From Clostridia bacterium (GTDB lineage Bacteria; Bacillota; Clostridia; Oscillospirales; CAG-272): a DNA stretch of 44,887 nt. Below the pieces are notes generated by a model that saw only the letters and a list, made by a program, of their open reading frames with translations, was not told where the DNA came from and made no database searches. Location: NCBI GenBank assembly GCA_017501005.1, contig JAFVXT010000074.1, positions 1 to 44,887 on the forward strand, written 5' to 3'. Shown in pieces: positions 7,991-16,339 of this stretch. How positions within the stretch are numbered: the first letter of the stretch is position 1; each line of letters begins with the position of its first letter. Both the position numbers and the translations under genes were made by a program.

Positions 7991-8722
7991 ATGCCTCTCT
8001 TTTTTCTACCGAACGCAGAGCCCGAGGAGGGTACTCTCACGCTCCGCGCAGAAGATTCTCACCATATTGCCCTCTCCTTGCGCATGGCCTGCGGTGATGA
8101 AATTACAGTCTCAAACGGCCTCGGCACGCTCTTTTCCTGCACGCTTGAAAGCATCACCCCCGAGCAGGTGCGGGCGCGCGTTCTCTCCATGGCAAAATCC
8201 GAAGCCGAGCCGCCCTACCGCCTGACGCTTTACCAAGCAGTTCCGAAAAGCGACAAGCTGGAGCTGATCATTCAAAAGGCCGTTGAGCTGGGCGCGACCG
8301 AGATCGTGCCCTTCGTCTCCTCCTTTTGCGTCAAGCGACCGCACGAGGACAAATGGCAAAAGCAAAGCGCACGGCTTGCACGGATTGCCGAGGAAGCGGC
8401 CAAGCAATGCAAGCGCGGACTGATTCCCGCCGTCGCACCCCTGCTCGATTATGAAGAAATGCTCGAAAGAGCAAGTGCGGCAGAGCTTCCGCTTTTCTGC
8501 TATGAGGGTGAGGGCACCGAGCCGCTCCCCGCTTGTCTGCCTCCCGCACCGCCGCGCTCTGTTTCGGTGGTCATCGGCTCGGAGGGCGGCTTTTCCGAAA
8601 AAGAAGCCGAGGCGGCACGCGCGCGCGGCATGCGCCTTTGCGGGCTCGGGAAACGGATTCTCCGTTGCGAAACCGCACCTCTTTTCGCCCTTTCCGCCTT
8701 GTCCTTCCAATACGAAATTTGA
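7991..8722 (+). CDS. rsmE: 16S rRNA (uracil1498-N3)-methyltransferase
   Basis: MPLFFLP..SHHIALSLRM, LYQAVPKSDKLELIIQKAVELGATEIVPF and VVIGSEGGFSEKE, plus the conserved prmA-rsmE order. The start is the ATG at 7991, not the ORF-track 7937. Confidence 0.88.
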   Translation: MPLFFLPNAEPEEGTLTLRAEDSHHIALSLRMACGDEITVSNGLGTLFSCTLESITPEQVRARVLSMAKSEAEPPYRLTLYQAVPKSDKLELIIQKAVELGATEIVPFVSSFCVKRPHEDKWQKQSARLARIAEEAAKQCKRGLIPAVAPLLDYEEMLERASAAELPLFCYEGEGTEPLPACLPPAPPRSVSVVIGSEGGFSEKEAEAARARGMRLCGLGKRILRCETAPLFALSALSFQYEI

Positions 8723-8842
8723 TAAAAGGCCAAACATTTGACTTTTGGCAAGCACTGAAATACCCGAACGGTTTTTTGGTCATCATATGGTGAACTATCA
8801 CAAAAATTTTTAGGATTTTTAGAATTTTTTTCAATTTCCCTA

Positions 8843-8871
8843 TTGAAAAATAACAAAAAATAGGGTAAAAT
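8843..8871 (+). promoter_or_regulatory. Sigma-A type promoter for the PucR-family regulator gene
   Basis: TTGAAA (8843..8848), 17 nt, TAAAAT (8866..8871). It is overlapped by the inverted repeat CCCTATT..AATAGGG. Confidence 0.5.
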
Positions 8872-8923
8872 ATAGTACAGTATTACCAAAAGCCGTAATG
8901 CAGAACTGAAAGGGGCATTTTTT

Positions 8924-10009
8924 ATGTCAAACCGTTTATTCCAAAATGTGATTCATCAAATGAAGGACGCAGTCGAGCGAGTGATCGGTGTTGTTGATGA
9001 AAACGGCATCGTCATTGCGTGCAGTGAGCTTCAGCGCGTTGGTGAAACCAATATGCAGCTTCACGAAGAAATGAATTTTTCTTCCGAATGCATGACGCTG
9101 AACGGCTATACATATCGTTATATCGGCGGTCAGAGCAAAAATGATTCGATCGTATTCGTTGAAGGCGTTGATTCGGAAGCCGCAAAGATTTCCGCTGTCC
9201 TTGCCGTGTCGCTCGGCTCTCTGAAAACTCTGCACGACGAAAAATACGATAAGGCCTCCTTCATCAAAAACGTGATGCTGGATAACATCCTGCCCAGTGA
9301 TATTTACGTCAAGAGCAAGGAGCTTCACTTTGAGACCGATCAGCACCGCATCATTCTGATCATCAAATTCCACGGTCACTTGGACGTTTTGCCCATCGAA
9401 ATGATGCAGAACATGTTCCCCGACCAGGCTTGCGACTATATCATCAACATTGGTGAGCAGGACGTGGTTCTCGTCAAGGAAGTCGGCGAAGAATGCGACA
9501 TGGACGAGATCGAAAATCTTGCCGAAAGCATTGTTGAAACGCTGAATACCGAATTCTATGCCAAGGTGTCGGTCGGTATCAGTACGATTGCCGAAAACCT
9601 GAAGGATCTGGCGCGTGCCTATAAGGAAGCGCGCATTGCCCTTGAGGTCGGCAAGGTCTTTGACACCGAGAAAAGCATCATCAGCTATGAAAACCTCGGC
9701 ATCGGCCGTCTGGTTTATCAGCTGCCGATCACACTTTGCGAGATCTTCTTGCAGGAGGTTTTCAAAAAAGACTCACTCGATTCGCTTGACCGCGAAACGC
9801 TCATGACGGTTCAAGCATTCTTTGAAAATAACCTGAACGTCTCCGAGACCTCAAGAAAGCTGTTCGTTCACAGAAACACGTTGGTCTATCGCCTTGAAAA
9901 GATCCGTAAGATCACAGGCCTTGACCTGCGTGAATTCGACCACGCCGTTACCTTCAAGGTTGCCTTGATGGTCAAGAAATACCTGACCAACCGTCCGACG
10001 AAGTTCTGA
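8924..10009 (+). CDS. PucR/CdaR family transcriptional regulator
   Basis: C-terminal HTH NLNVSETSRKLFVHRNTLVYRLEKIRKITGLDL, typical of PucR C-terminal domains. The N-terminal region is a CdaR-like sensor domain. Confidence 0.8.
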   Translation: MSNRLFQNVIHQMKDAVERVIGVVDENGIVIACSELQRVGETNMQLHEEMNFSSECMTLNGYTYRYIGGQSKNDSIVFVEGVDSEAAKISAVLAVSLGSLKTLHDEKYDKASFIKNVMLDNILPSDIYVKSKELHFETDQHRIILIIKFHGHLDVLPIEMMQNMFPDQACDYIINIGEQDVVLVKEVGEECDMDEIENLAESIVETLNTEFYAKVSVGISTIAENLKDLARAYKEARIALEVGKVFDTEKSIISYENLGIGRLVYQLPITLCEIFLQEVFKKDSLDSLDRETLMTVQAFFENNLNVSETSRKLFVHRNTLVYRLEKIRKITGLDLREFDHAVTFKVALMVKKYLTNRPTKF

Positions 10010-10078
10010 CAGTAAGCTCCTTTGGCTTCGCCGCACACGGACCGTCATGATGAGAAAGAAGGTGCCGTTCCCTTGCGT

Positions 10079-11464
10079 ATGATCCATTTAAAAAGATTTC
10101 TCGCTGCTCTTTTGCTTTCACTGATCCTTTTGAGTGCGAGTGCCTGTGCGTTTCTCGACCTCGGCCAAGACTCCTATTTCACCGAGCTTTCCGAATCCAA
10201 GGCAGTTTTAGAGCAAGACAGTATTCTTCCCCGAAACAAGGATTGCCAATACGCAAGTGACTATCTCGCCTATTGGGGCATGCCCTCCTTTCAGCCGACC
10301 AAGCTGATCACGGTTGAAAAGTTTTATCATGACTATTATATCGGTACTCTCCCCGAGCTTTACACGCTCTCCGAAGAGGTTTACGATCTTTACCGCGAAT
10401 ATTTCAACGGCCGTCCCGATTTCAACGAAAGAATCCCCGAAAACGTCACCGCCGCCCTGATCTCCTGCTTTCAGGAAGCGGCAGGCGACCGCTATGCCGT
10501 CTATATGAACGCCGACAGCTTCGGTGAATACAACGAATCCTTCCAGGGCGATTACGTCGGCACGGGCATTTACGTGCAGCACGATTACGTGCGCGATGAA
10601 ACCGTGGTTCTGAACGTCTTCGAAAACTCCCCCGCCAAGGATGCGGGCTTGCTCGCCGGCGATATCATTCTCTCTGTCAACGAAGTGCCCCTCTCGGGTG
10701 CCACCTACGATCAGGCCTTTGCCATGATGAAGGGCAAGGAGGGAGACCGTGTTACTTTGAGAGTTCGGCGCGGACAGCAAACACTCTCTCTTACCCTCAC
10801 GCTGCGCAAGATCGAAAGCTACACCGTTTCCTTTCGGCTGCTTGCCCAGGACGAAAGCATTGCCTGCATCAAAATTGAAGAATTTAATGCCAAAACCGCC
10901 GAGCAATTCAAAAAAGCCTATGACGCGGCAGTGGCCGCAGGCGCGAAAAAGCTGATCTTCGATCTGCGCGATAATCCGGGCGGCGAGATCAACGCCATTG
11001 CCGACGTGCTCGACTATCTCTTGCCCGACGGCGGCCCGATTGCACATTTCCGCTATAAGGAAGGCTCGCCTCTTGAAAGCGAGGACACCACATTCTATGC
11101 GGACGACGGCCACAAGTGCGAATTGCCGATGGCCGTGCTCTGTAACGGCGGAACTGCCTCTGCCGGCGAGCTTTTCACGGCGGCATTGCGCGATTATAAG
11201 GTCGCCACCGTGGTTGGTGAAACCACCTACGGCAAGGGCACCATGCAAAACATGATCTCCTTGCCCGACGGCTCGGCCTTCACCGTTTCAATTGCGAAAT
11301 ACGATCCGCCCTACGGCGAAAATTATGAGGGTGTGGGCATCACGCCGCACGTGGAGGTCTCGCTCCCCGAGGAGATCGAAGGCATCAATGCGTTTCTGCG
11401 CAACGATGAAGACGATACGCAATTGCAAGCGGCGGTGCAAGAGCTTGGCGGGCCTTTGGTATAA
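10079..11464 (+). CDS. S41 family C-terminal processing peptidase (PDZ-containing), paralog 1
   Basis: Signal/lipobox-like LLSASAC, PDZ segment SPAKDAGLLAGDIILSVN, and catalytic blocks FDLRDNPGGEI, NGGTASAGELFTAALRD and TYGKGT. I chose the ATG at 10079 over the TTG at 10022. Confidence 0.85.
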   Translation: MIHLKRFLAALLLSLILLSASACAFLDLGQDSYFTELSESKAVLEQDSILPRNKDCQYASDYLAYWGMPSFQPTKLITVEKFYHDYYIGTLPELYTLSEEVYDLYREYFNGRPDFNERIPENVTAALISCFQEAAGDRYAVYMNADSFGEYNESFQGDYVGTGIYVQHDYVRDETVVLNVFENSPAKDAGLLAGDIILSVNEVPLSGATYDQAFAMMKGKEGDRVTLRVRRGQQTLSLTLTLRKIESYTVSFRLLAQDESIACIKIEEFNAKTAEQFKKAYDAAVAAGAKKLIFDLRDNPGGEINAIADVLDYLLPDGGPIAHFRYKEGSPLESEDTTFYADDGHKCELPMAVLCNGGTASAGELFTAALRDYKVATVVGETTYGKGTMQNMISLPDGSAFTVSIAKYDPPYGENYEGVGITPHVEVSLPEEIEGINAFLRNDEDDTQLQAAVQELGGPLV

Positions 11465-11469
11465 AAGCA

Positions 11470-12819
11470 ATGGAAAAGAAACTCACAAAAAAAGCGTTTG
11501 CCGCCTTTTTACTGATTCTCGCGGCCGTCACGGTTTTTACGGGACTGACCGTTTACCGTTTTGCCAAAAGAAATTTTGACGAAGAGATGCGCCGCTTGCG
11601 CACGCAGCAAGCCGAGGAGCTTGCCTCTCTTGAAGAAGCTCTTTCGGCACAAACCTTTGATCTTGATCTTCTTCTGGCACTCGACCGTCTGTACGCCTCC
11701 AACTCTCTTTCGGATACCGATAAGGACGCATTGACCGAATATCTTCTGCATGCGTACGTGAGCGGCACGGGCGATCCCTATTCACAATATCTCTCTGCCG
11801 ACGACTACACCGCTTATCTTGAAAGACAAAGCAGCCGTTTCGTCGGCATCGGTGTGTCTGTTTCTGCTGATTTTGCACAAACGGATGCGGGGGGCGGTTT
11901 GACGGTTCTGACCGTTTATCGGGATTCTCCCGCCGCCGAGGGCGGACTCCTTGCAGGAGATATCCTTTTAGCTGCCGACGGCGTCAGCTTTGACGGCAAA
12001 ACGAGCGAGGAAGCCTCCGCACTTGTGCGCGGCGAGGAGGGCAGTCAAGTCACGCTCACCTATCTTCGTGACGGAAAAGCATCTTCTGTTACCTTGACTC
12101 GGCGCGCCGTCACCGAAGATACCGTCCGATACAAAATGCTTGAAGAAGGCATTGCCTACGTTCTGATCAACCGCTTCTCCTCTGCCACACCAAAGCAGCT
12201 TGCCGAGGCGGTGGAGGCTTGCTTACAGTCCGAGGCGCGCGCATTCGTCTTTGACGTGCGCAATAACCCCGGCGGTCTTGTCAGCGCAGTTTCCGAATGC
12301 CTCGGGTATTTACTCCCCGACGGCGAGATTGTCTGCGTTGACTATGCAAAAAAGCAAGAGAACAGCTACACCTACAGCACAAAGGACGGCGCACTTCTGC
12401 GCACGTCGAAAACGGGCGAGGATACCGTCAAAACCGCCACAGACATGACACATGCGCTCTTACTCCCCATGGCCGTTTTAACAAACGAACACACCGCATC
12501 GGCCGGCGAGATCTTTGCCGCCGCCTTGCGTGATTATCACAATCAGCACCTTATTACCTCCCGTCTTTTCGGTGAAAAGACCTTCGGCAAGGGCACAGTG
12601 CAAGCCACCTACCGCACAGGAAACGGCGGTGCGTACAAGCTGACCGTTGCCACCTATAAGCCACCGCACGGCGATTGCTTTGACGGTGTCGGCATCACCC
12701 CCGACCAAACGGTATCGCTCCCCGAAGAATACCGTGGCCGACCGATCGAGCTGATCCCGCGCGAAAAGGACGCGCAGCTTTGTGCCGCCGTCGACTGGCT
12801 TGCATCCCTCATTCGGTAA
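11470..12819 (+). CDS. S41 family C-terminal processing peptidase (PDZ-containing), paralog 2
   Basis: N-terminal TM segment, PDZ segment SPAAEGGLLAGDILLAADG, then DVRNNPGGLV, NEHTASAGEIFAAALRD and TFGKGTVQ. Confidence 0.85.
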   Translation: MEKKLTKKAFAAFLLILAAVTVFTGLTVYRFAKRNFDEEMRRLRTQQAEELASLEEALSAQTFDLDLLLALDRLYASNSLSDTDKDALTEYLLHAYVSGTGDPYSQYLSADDYTAYLERQSSRFVGIGVSVSADFAQTDAGGGLTVLTVYRDSPAAEGGLLAGDILLAADGVSFDGKTSEEASALVRGEEGSQVTLTYLRDGKASSVTLTRRAVTEDTVRYKMLEEGIAYVLINRFSSATPKQLAEAVEACLQSEARAFVFDVRNNPGGLVSAVSECLGYLLPDGEIVCVDYAKKQENSYTYSTKDGALLRTSKTGEDTVKTATDMTHALLLPMAVLTNEHTASAGEIFAAALRDYHNQHLITSRLFGEKTFGKGTVQATYRTGNGGAYKLTVATYKPPHGDCFDGVGITPDQTVSLPEEYRGRPIELIPREKDAQLCAAVDWLASLIR

Positions 12820-12854
12820 ATCTAAAGCATTCTATAAATCAAAGGAGAAACATC

Positions 12855-13343
12855 ATGTCCAATACGAAAAAAATGACCTATACCAAAGAAGGCTATGCCG
12901 CGCTTCAAAGAGAGCTTTCCGACCTCTATGCCGCGCGCGAAAAGAATAAAGAGGACATCGCTCAGGCAAGAAGCTACGGCGACCTTTCCGAAAACAGCGA
13001 ATACGATGAAGCGAAAAAGGAGCAGGGCCGTCTTGCCGTCCGCATCATGGAAGTTGAGCACATGATCAACAATGCGGAGATCATTGACGACCGCGATATC
13101 GACTCCTCCGTTGTCAGCGTCGGCTCGCTCGTCACGGTTGATTACAAGGAAAAGGGCTGTGACGTCGTGTATCACATCGTCGGCTCTTACGAAACCGACC
13201 CCCGCAACGGCAAAATTTCGGACGTTTCCCCGATCGGCAGTGCTCTTATCGGCTCTCATGCGGGCGACAAGGTCGAGGTCGAGCTGCCGAACGGCAAGAA
13301 GATCCATCTGACAGTCAAGCACGTCGAGCGCGCAACCGCCTGA
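12855..13343 (+). CDS. greA: Transcription elongation factor GreA
   Basis: YGDLSENSEYDEAKKEQ coiled-coil motif and a C-terminal FKBP-like domain. AAAGGAG SD lies upstream of the ATG at 12855. Confidence 0.92.
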   Translation: MSNTKKMTYTKEGYAALQRELSDLYAAREKNKEDIAQARSYGDLSENSEYDEAKKEQGRLAVRIMEVEHMINNAEIIDDRDIDSSVVSVGSLVTVDYKEKGCDVVYHIVGSYETDPRNGKISDVSPIGSALIGSHAGDKVEVELPNGKKIHLTVKHVERATA

Positions 13344-13373
13344 AAGGCATAACCCAAGAAAGGACGATCAAAA

Positions 13374-14870
13374 ATGGCAGATAAGCAACAAAACGCGCCC
13401 CGAGAAGTCAATGCGGCTTCCGAGCTTCAGGTGCGCCGTGACAAATTAAAGACGCTTTGCGAGGAGGGTAAAAACCCCTTCACCATCACGAAATACGACC
13501 GCGACACCACGAGCAGTGCCCTGACCGACGAGACCTTTGCCGAGATGGAGGGCAAAACCGTACGCATCGCAGGCAGAATGGTCAGCCGCCGCATCATGGG
13601 TAAGGCCTCCTTCTTCCACCTTCTGGATGCCGACGGCAAGATCCAGGTCTACGCCCGCCGCGATGACGTCGGAGAAGACGTTTATGCCGCCTTCAAAAAA
13701 TGCGACATCGGTGATATTTTCGGTGTTGAAGGCTTCGTCTTCCGCACGCAGACGGGCGAAATTTCCGTTCATGCAAAGGAGATCGTGCTTCTCACGAAGT
13801 CGCTTCTTCCCCTGCCCGAAAAATTTCACGGTCTGACCAACACCGACCTGCGCTACCGCCAGAGATACGTTGACCTCATCGTCAATCCTGAGGTCAAGGA
13901 CACCTTCTTAAAGCGCTCGCGCATTCTGACCGAGATCCGCAACTACCTCGACAGCCGCGGATTTCTGGAGGTTGATACGCCCATTCTCGTGCCGATCGAG
14001 ATCGGTGCCTCCGCGCGCCCCTTCATTACGCACCACAACACCCTCGATATGGATATGTACTTACGCATCGAGACCGAGCTTTACCTGAAGCGTCTGATCG
14101 TGGGCGGTATGGATCGTGTTTACGAGGTCGGCCGCATCTTCCGTAACGAAGGTATGGACACCAAGCACAACCCCGAATTTACCACCATTGAGCTTTATCA
14201 GGCATACACCGACTACTACGGCATGATGGACCTGGTTGAGGAGCTTTACAAGCTGCTTGCCGAAAAGGTCTGCGGCTCGACCAAGATCACTTACCAGGGT
14301 ACCGAGATCGACCTCGGTCATTGGGAGCGTCTGACCATGGCAGAAGCCGTCAAGAAGTATTCGGGTTGCGACTATTACGATTGGAAGACTGACGAGGATG
14401 CCCGTGCGGCCGCCAAGGAAAAGCACGTTGAAGTGCCTGCCGACGCAACCAAGGGCACGGTTCTTGCAGAATTCTTCGATGCTTACGTTGAAGAAAACCT
14501 CATTCAGCCGACCTTCATTTACGATTACCCCGTTGAAAACAGCCCGCTTGCCAAGAGAAAGCCCACCGATCCCGCATTCACCGAGCGCTTTGAATACTTC
14601 ATCAACGCCACCGAATTCGGTAATGCCTTCAGCGAACTGAACGACCCGATCGACCAGAAGCAGCGTTTCGAAAGCCAGGTCGAAAAGAAGCGCCGTGAAG
14701 AGCCGAACTGCCGCGCCGAGGTTGACTACGACTTTGTCACCGCACTTGAATACGGTATGCCCCCCACAGGCGGCCTTGGCTTCGGTGTTGACCGTCTGGT
14801 CATGCTCCTCACCGACTCCGCATCGATCCGCGACGTGCTTCTCTTCCCCACGATGAAGCCTGTTGACTGA
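13374..14870 (+). CDS. lysS: Lysine--tRNA ligase (class II)
   Basis: RYRQRYVDLI, FLEVDTPIL, YEVGRIFRNEG and GGLGFGVDRLVMLL class II motifs, plus the greA-lysS order. Confidence 0.95.
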   Translation: MADKQQNAPREVNAASELQVRRDKLKTLCEEGKNPFTITKYDRDTTSSALTDETFAEMEGKTVRIAGRMVSRRIMGKASFFHLLDADGKIQVYARRDDVGEDVYAAFKKCDIGDIFGVEGFVFRTQTGEISVHAKEIVLLTKSLLPLPEKFHGLTNTDLRYRQRYVDLIVNPEVKDTFLKRSRILTEIRNYLDSRGFLEVDTPILVPIEIGASARPFITHHNTLDMDMYLRIETELYLKRLIVGGMDRVYEVGRIFRNEGMDTKHNPEFTTIELYQAYTDYYGMMDLVEELYKLLAEKVCGSTKITYQGTEIDLGHWERLTMAEAVKKYSGCDYYDWKTDEDARAAAKEKHVEVPADATKGTVLAEFFDAYVEENLIQPTFIYDYPVENSPLAKRKPTDPAFTERFEYFINATEFGNAFSELNDPIDQKQRFESQVEKKRREEPNCRAEVDYDFVTALEYGMPPTGGLGFGVDRLVMLLTDSASIRDVLLFPTMKPVD

Positions 14871-14883
14871 TTGCATATTTTTC

Positions 14884-14925
14884 AAAATCGGAGAAACACC
14901 GTTGTGCTTCTCCGATTTTATTTTG
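14884..14925 (+). terminator. Intrinsic terminator after lysS
   Basis: AAAATCGGAGAA (14884..14895), loop, TTCTCCGATTTT (14908..14919), followed by ATTTT. Confidence 0.75.
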
Positions 14926-14988
14926 GCAAAGAATGTCTTTCCTCCACGACGAAAAAAGCAATCTTCTGTGTTTTTCCCGTGTTTATAA

Positions 14989-15017
14989 TTGACAAAGGCC
15001 GAGAAAACCTGTATAAT
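14989..15017 (+). promoter_or_regulatory. Consensus sigma-A promoter
   Basis: TTGACA (14989..14994), 17 nt, TATAAT (15012..15017). Confidence 0.6.
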
Positions 15018-15048
15018 AAAGCTGTACTACCAAACAGGAGAGCAATTC

Positions 15049-15831
15049 ATGGACGAAAACAACAAGCACGAAGAGACTGCCGCAAGCGAAAAGCAGGCGG
15101 AAGTGACGATAGAATCCCCTGCCCTTAAAAAATTTGAAAATTTCATGTACTATCACAAATGGCACACAGTGGCGGCACTTGTGCTGATCTTTGCGATCAT
15201 CGTCTGCACCGTACAGATGTGTTCGCGCGAAAGCGGTGACATTTCCTTTTTTTACGTGCACAGCGAAAACCTGAACGAGCCGCAACGCCGTTCGATTTCC
15301 TCGGCCGTGACCGACACCCTGATGGCAGACGACGAGGATTGCCGTGTATCCTTTCTTTCACACTATATCGTATCCACTGATATGCTTAAGGAAATGGAAA
15401 GCGCGGACACCGCGTATCTCGGCAATACCTCTTTTGAAAACGCGAACGTCTTCCGTACAGAGCTTGCCACCTCGGAGGCCTACATCTGCATTTTCAGCCG
15501 CGACGTATACGACCTCTCTCTTGAGTATTTTCCGTATAAAAGAGATCCTGAAAGCGGCGCCTTTATCAGCCAGCTTTACCGCCCGATCTCGGATTTCACA
15601 GACAAGGATATCCCCTCAATCGACGGCTATGCCGTCTACTTGAAGGATACTCCTTTGCGCCACATTCCCGCATTCGCATCGCTTGATAAAAACGGCGATA
15701 CGGTAGTTTGCATGCGCGTGATCAGCTATGCGGCCACCGTGCAGAACAAGAAGCTGGCGAAGAAGCTCTATGCGCGCCACGAGCTTCTTTTCGAGCGTAT
15801 GCTCTCTTACACACCCGCATCTGAAGAATAA
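15049..15831 (+). CDS. Hypothetical single-pass membrane protein
   Basis: AGGAGAG SD upstream of the ATG at 15049. One TM segment (HTVAALVLIFAIIVCTV). I recognise no family motif. Confidence 0.6.
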   Translation: MDENNKHEETAASEKQAEVTIESPALKKFENFMYYHKWHTVAALVLIFAIIVCTVQMCSRESGDISFFYVHSENLNEPQRRSISSAVTDTLMADDEDCRVSFLSHYIVSTDMLKEMESADTAYLGNTSFENANVFRTELATSEAYICIFSRDVYDLSLEYFPYKRDPESGAFISQLYRPISDFTDKDIPSIDGYAVYLKDTPLRHIPAFASLDKNGDTVVCMRVISYAATVQNKKLAKKLYARHELLFERMLSYTPASEE

Positions 15832-15842
15832 CTTCATAAAAC

Positions 15843-15899
15843 AAAAAACGCGGCTGACGGCCATCTGCGAAAAGCAGGTAGTCTTCAGCCGAGTTTTTT
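15843..15899. terminator. Probable bidirectional terminator between convergent genes
   Basis: AAAAAACG CGGCTGA ..(inner CTGC-gaaaa-GCAG).. TCAGCCG AGTTTTTT. An A-run and a T-run flank the stem. Confidence 0.45.
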
Positions 15900-16007
15900 A
15901 CTTTACCGCCCGATTTTAAAAAATCGGCGCAGAATCGGACGGAAAATTTTCGGTGTGCGTATGATGACGATCTTCACGGCAGTTGGCGTTCCTCCTTGCT
16001 GTCTTAC

Positions 16008-16163
16008 TTAATGCTTTAATAATGTCATGCAACCGATCGTGATGATGAGCAATGCCAGAATGACAACGAGCACACACGCGGGCAGAAAAAAGGAAAGAAG
16101 GATTCCGAGTCCCAAAGCGACAAGCGCAACGCTCGTCATGTAAAACAGATAGTTCCCACGCAT
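16008..16163 (-). CDS. Small hydrophobic protein (about 51 aa, two predicted TM segments)
   Basis: ATG at 16163 behind AGGGGTG. Sequence is MRGNYLFYMTSVALVALGLGILLSFFLPACVLVVILALLIITIGCMTLLKH. No recognisable family. Confidence 0.4.
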   Translation of the reverse strand: MRGNYLFYMTSVALVALGLGILLSFFLPACVLVVILALLIITIGCMTLLKH

Positions 16164-16339
16164 AAAAACACCCCTGCTCAAAATCTTTTTTGGCGACGGT
16201 ATGCCGTTTCGGACAGAAAGCCGCCGTTGCGGCCTTGCCCGACACAGATCCAATCACCGTTTCAGATGATAGACTGTTACTGCATTATATGCGAGGAAAA
16301 CCCGAAACTTTCCGTCTTCTGTCGAAAAAAAGAATTTTT

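Noticed and set aside
10208-11248. 346-aa minus-strand ORF
   Set aside because: It is antisense to the first S41 peptidase gene, which has clear catalytic motifs. Such shadow ORFs are typical of GC-rich coding sequence.
14061-14885. 274-aa minus-strand ORF
   Set aside because: It is antisense to lysS, has no motifs and has a biased composition.
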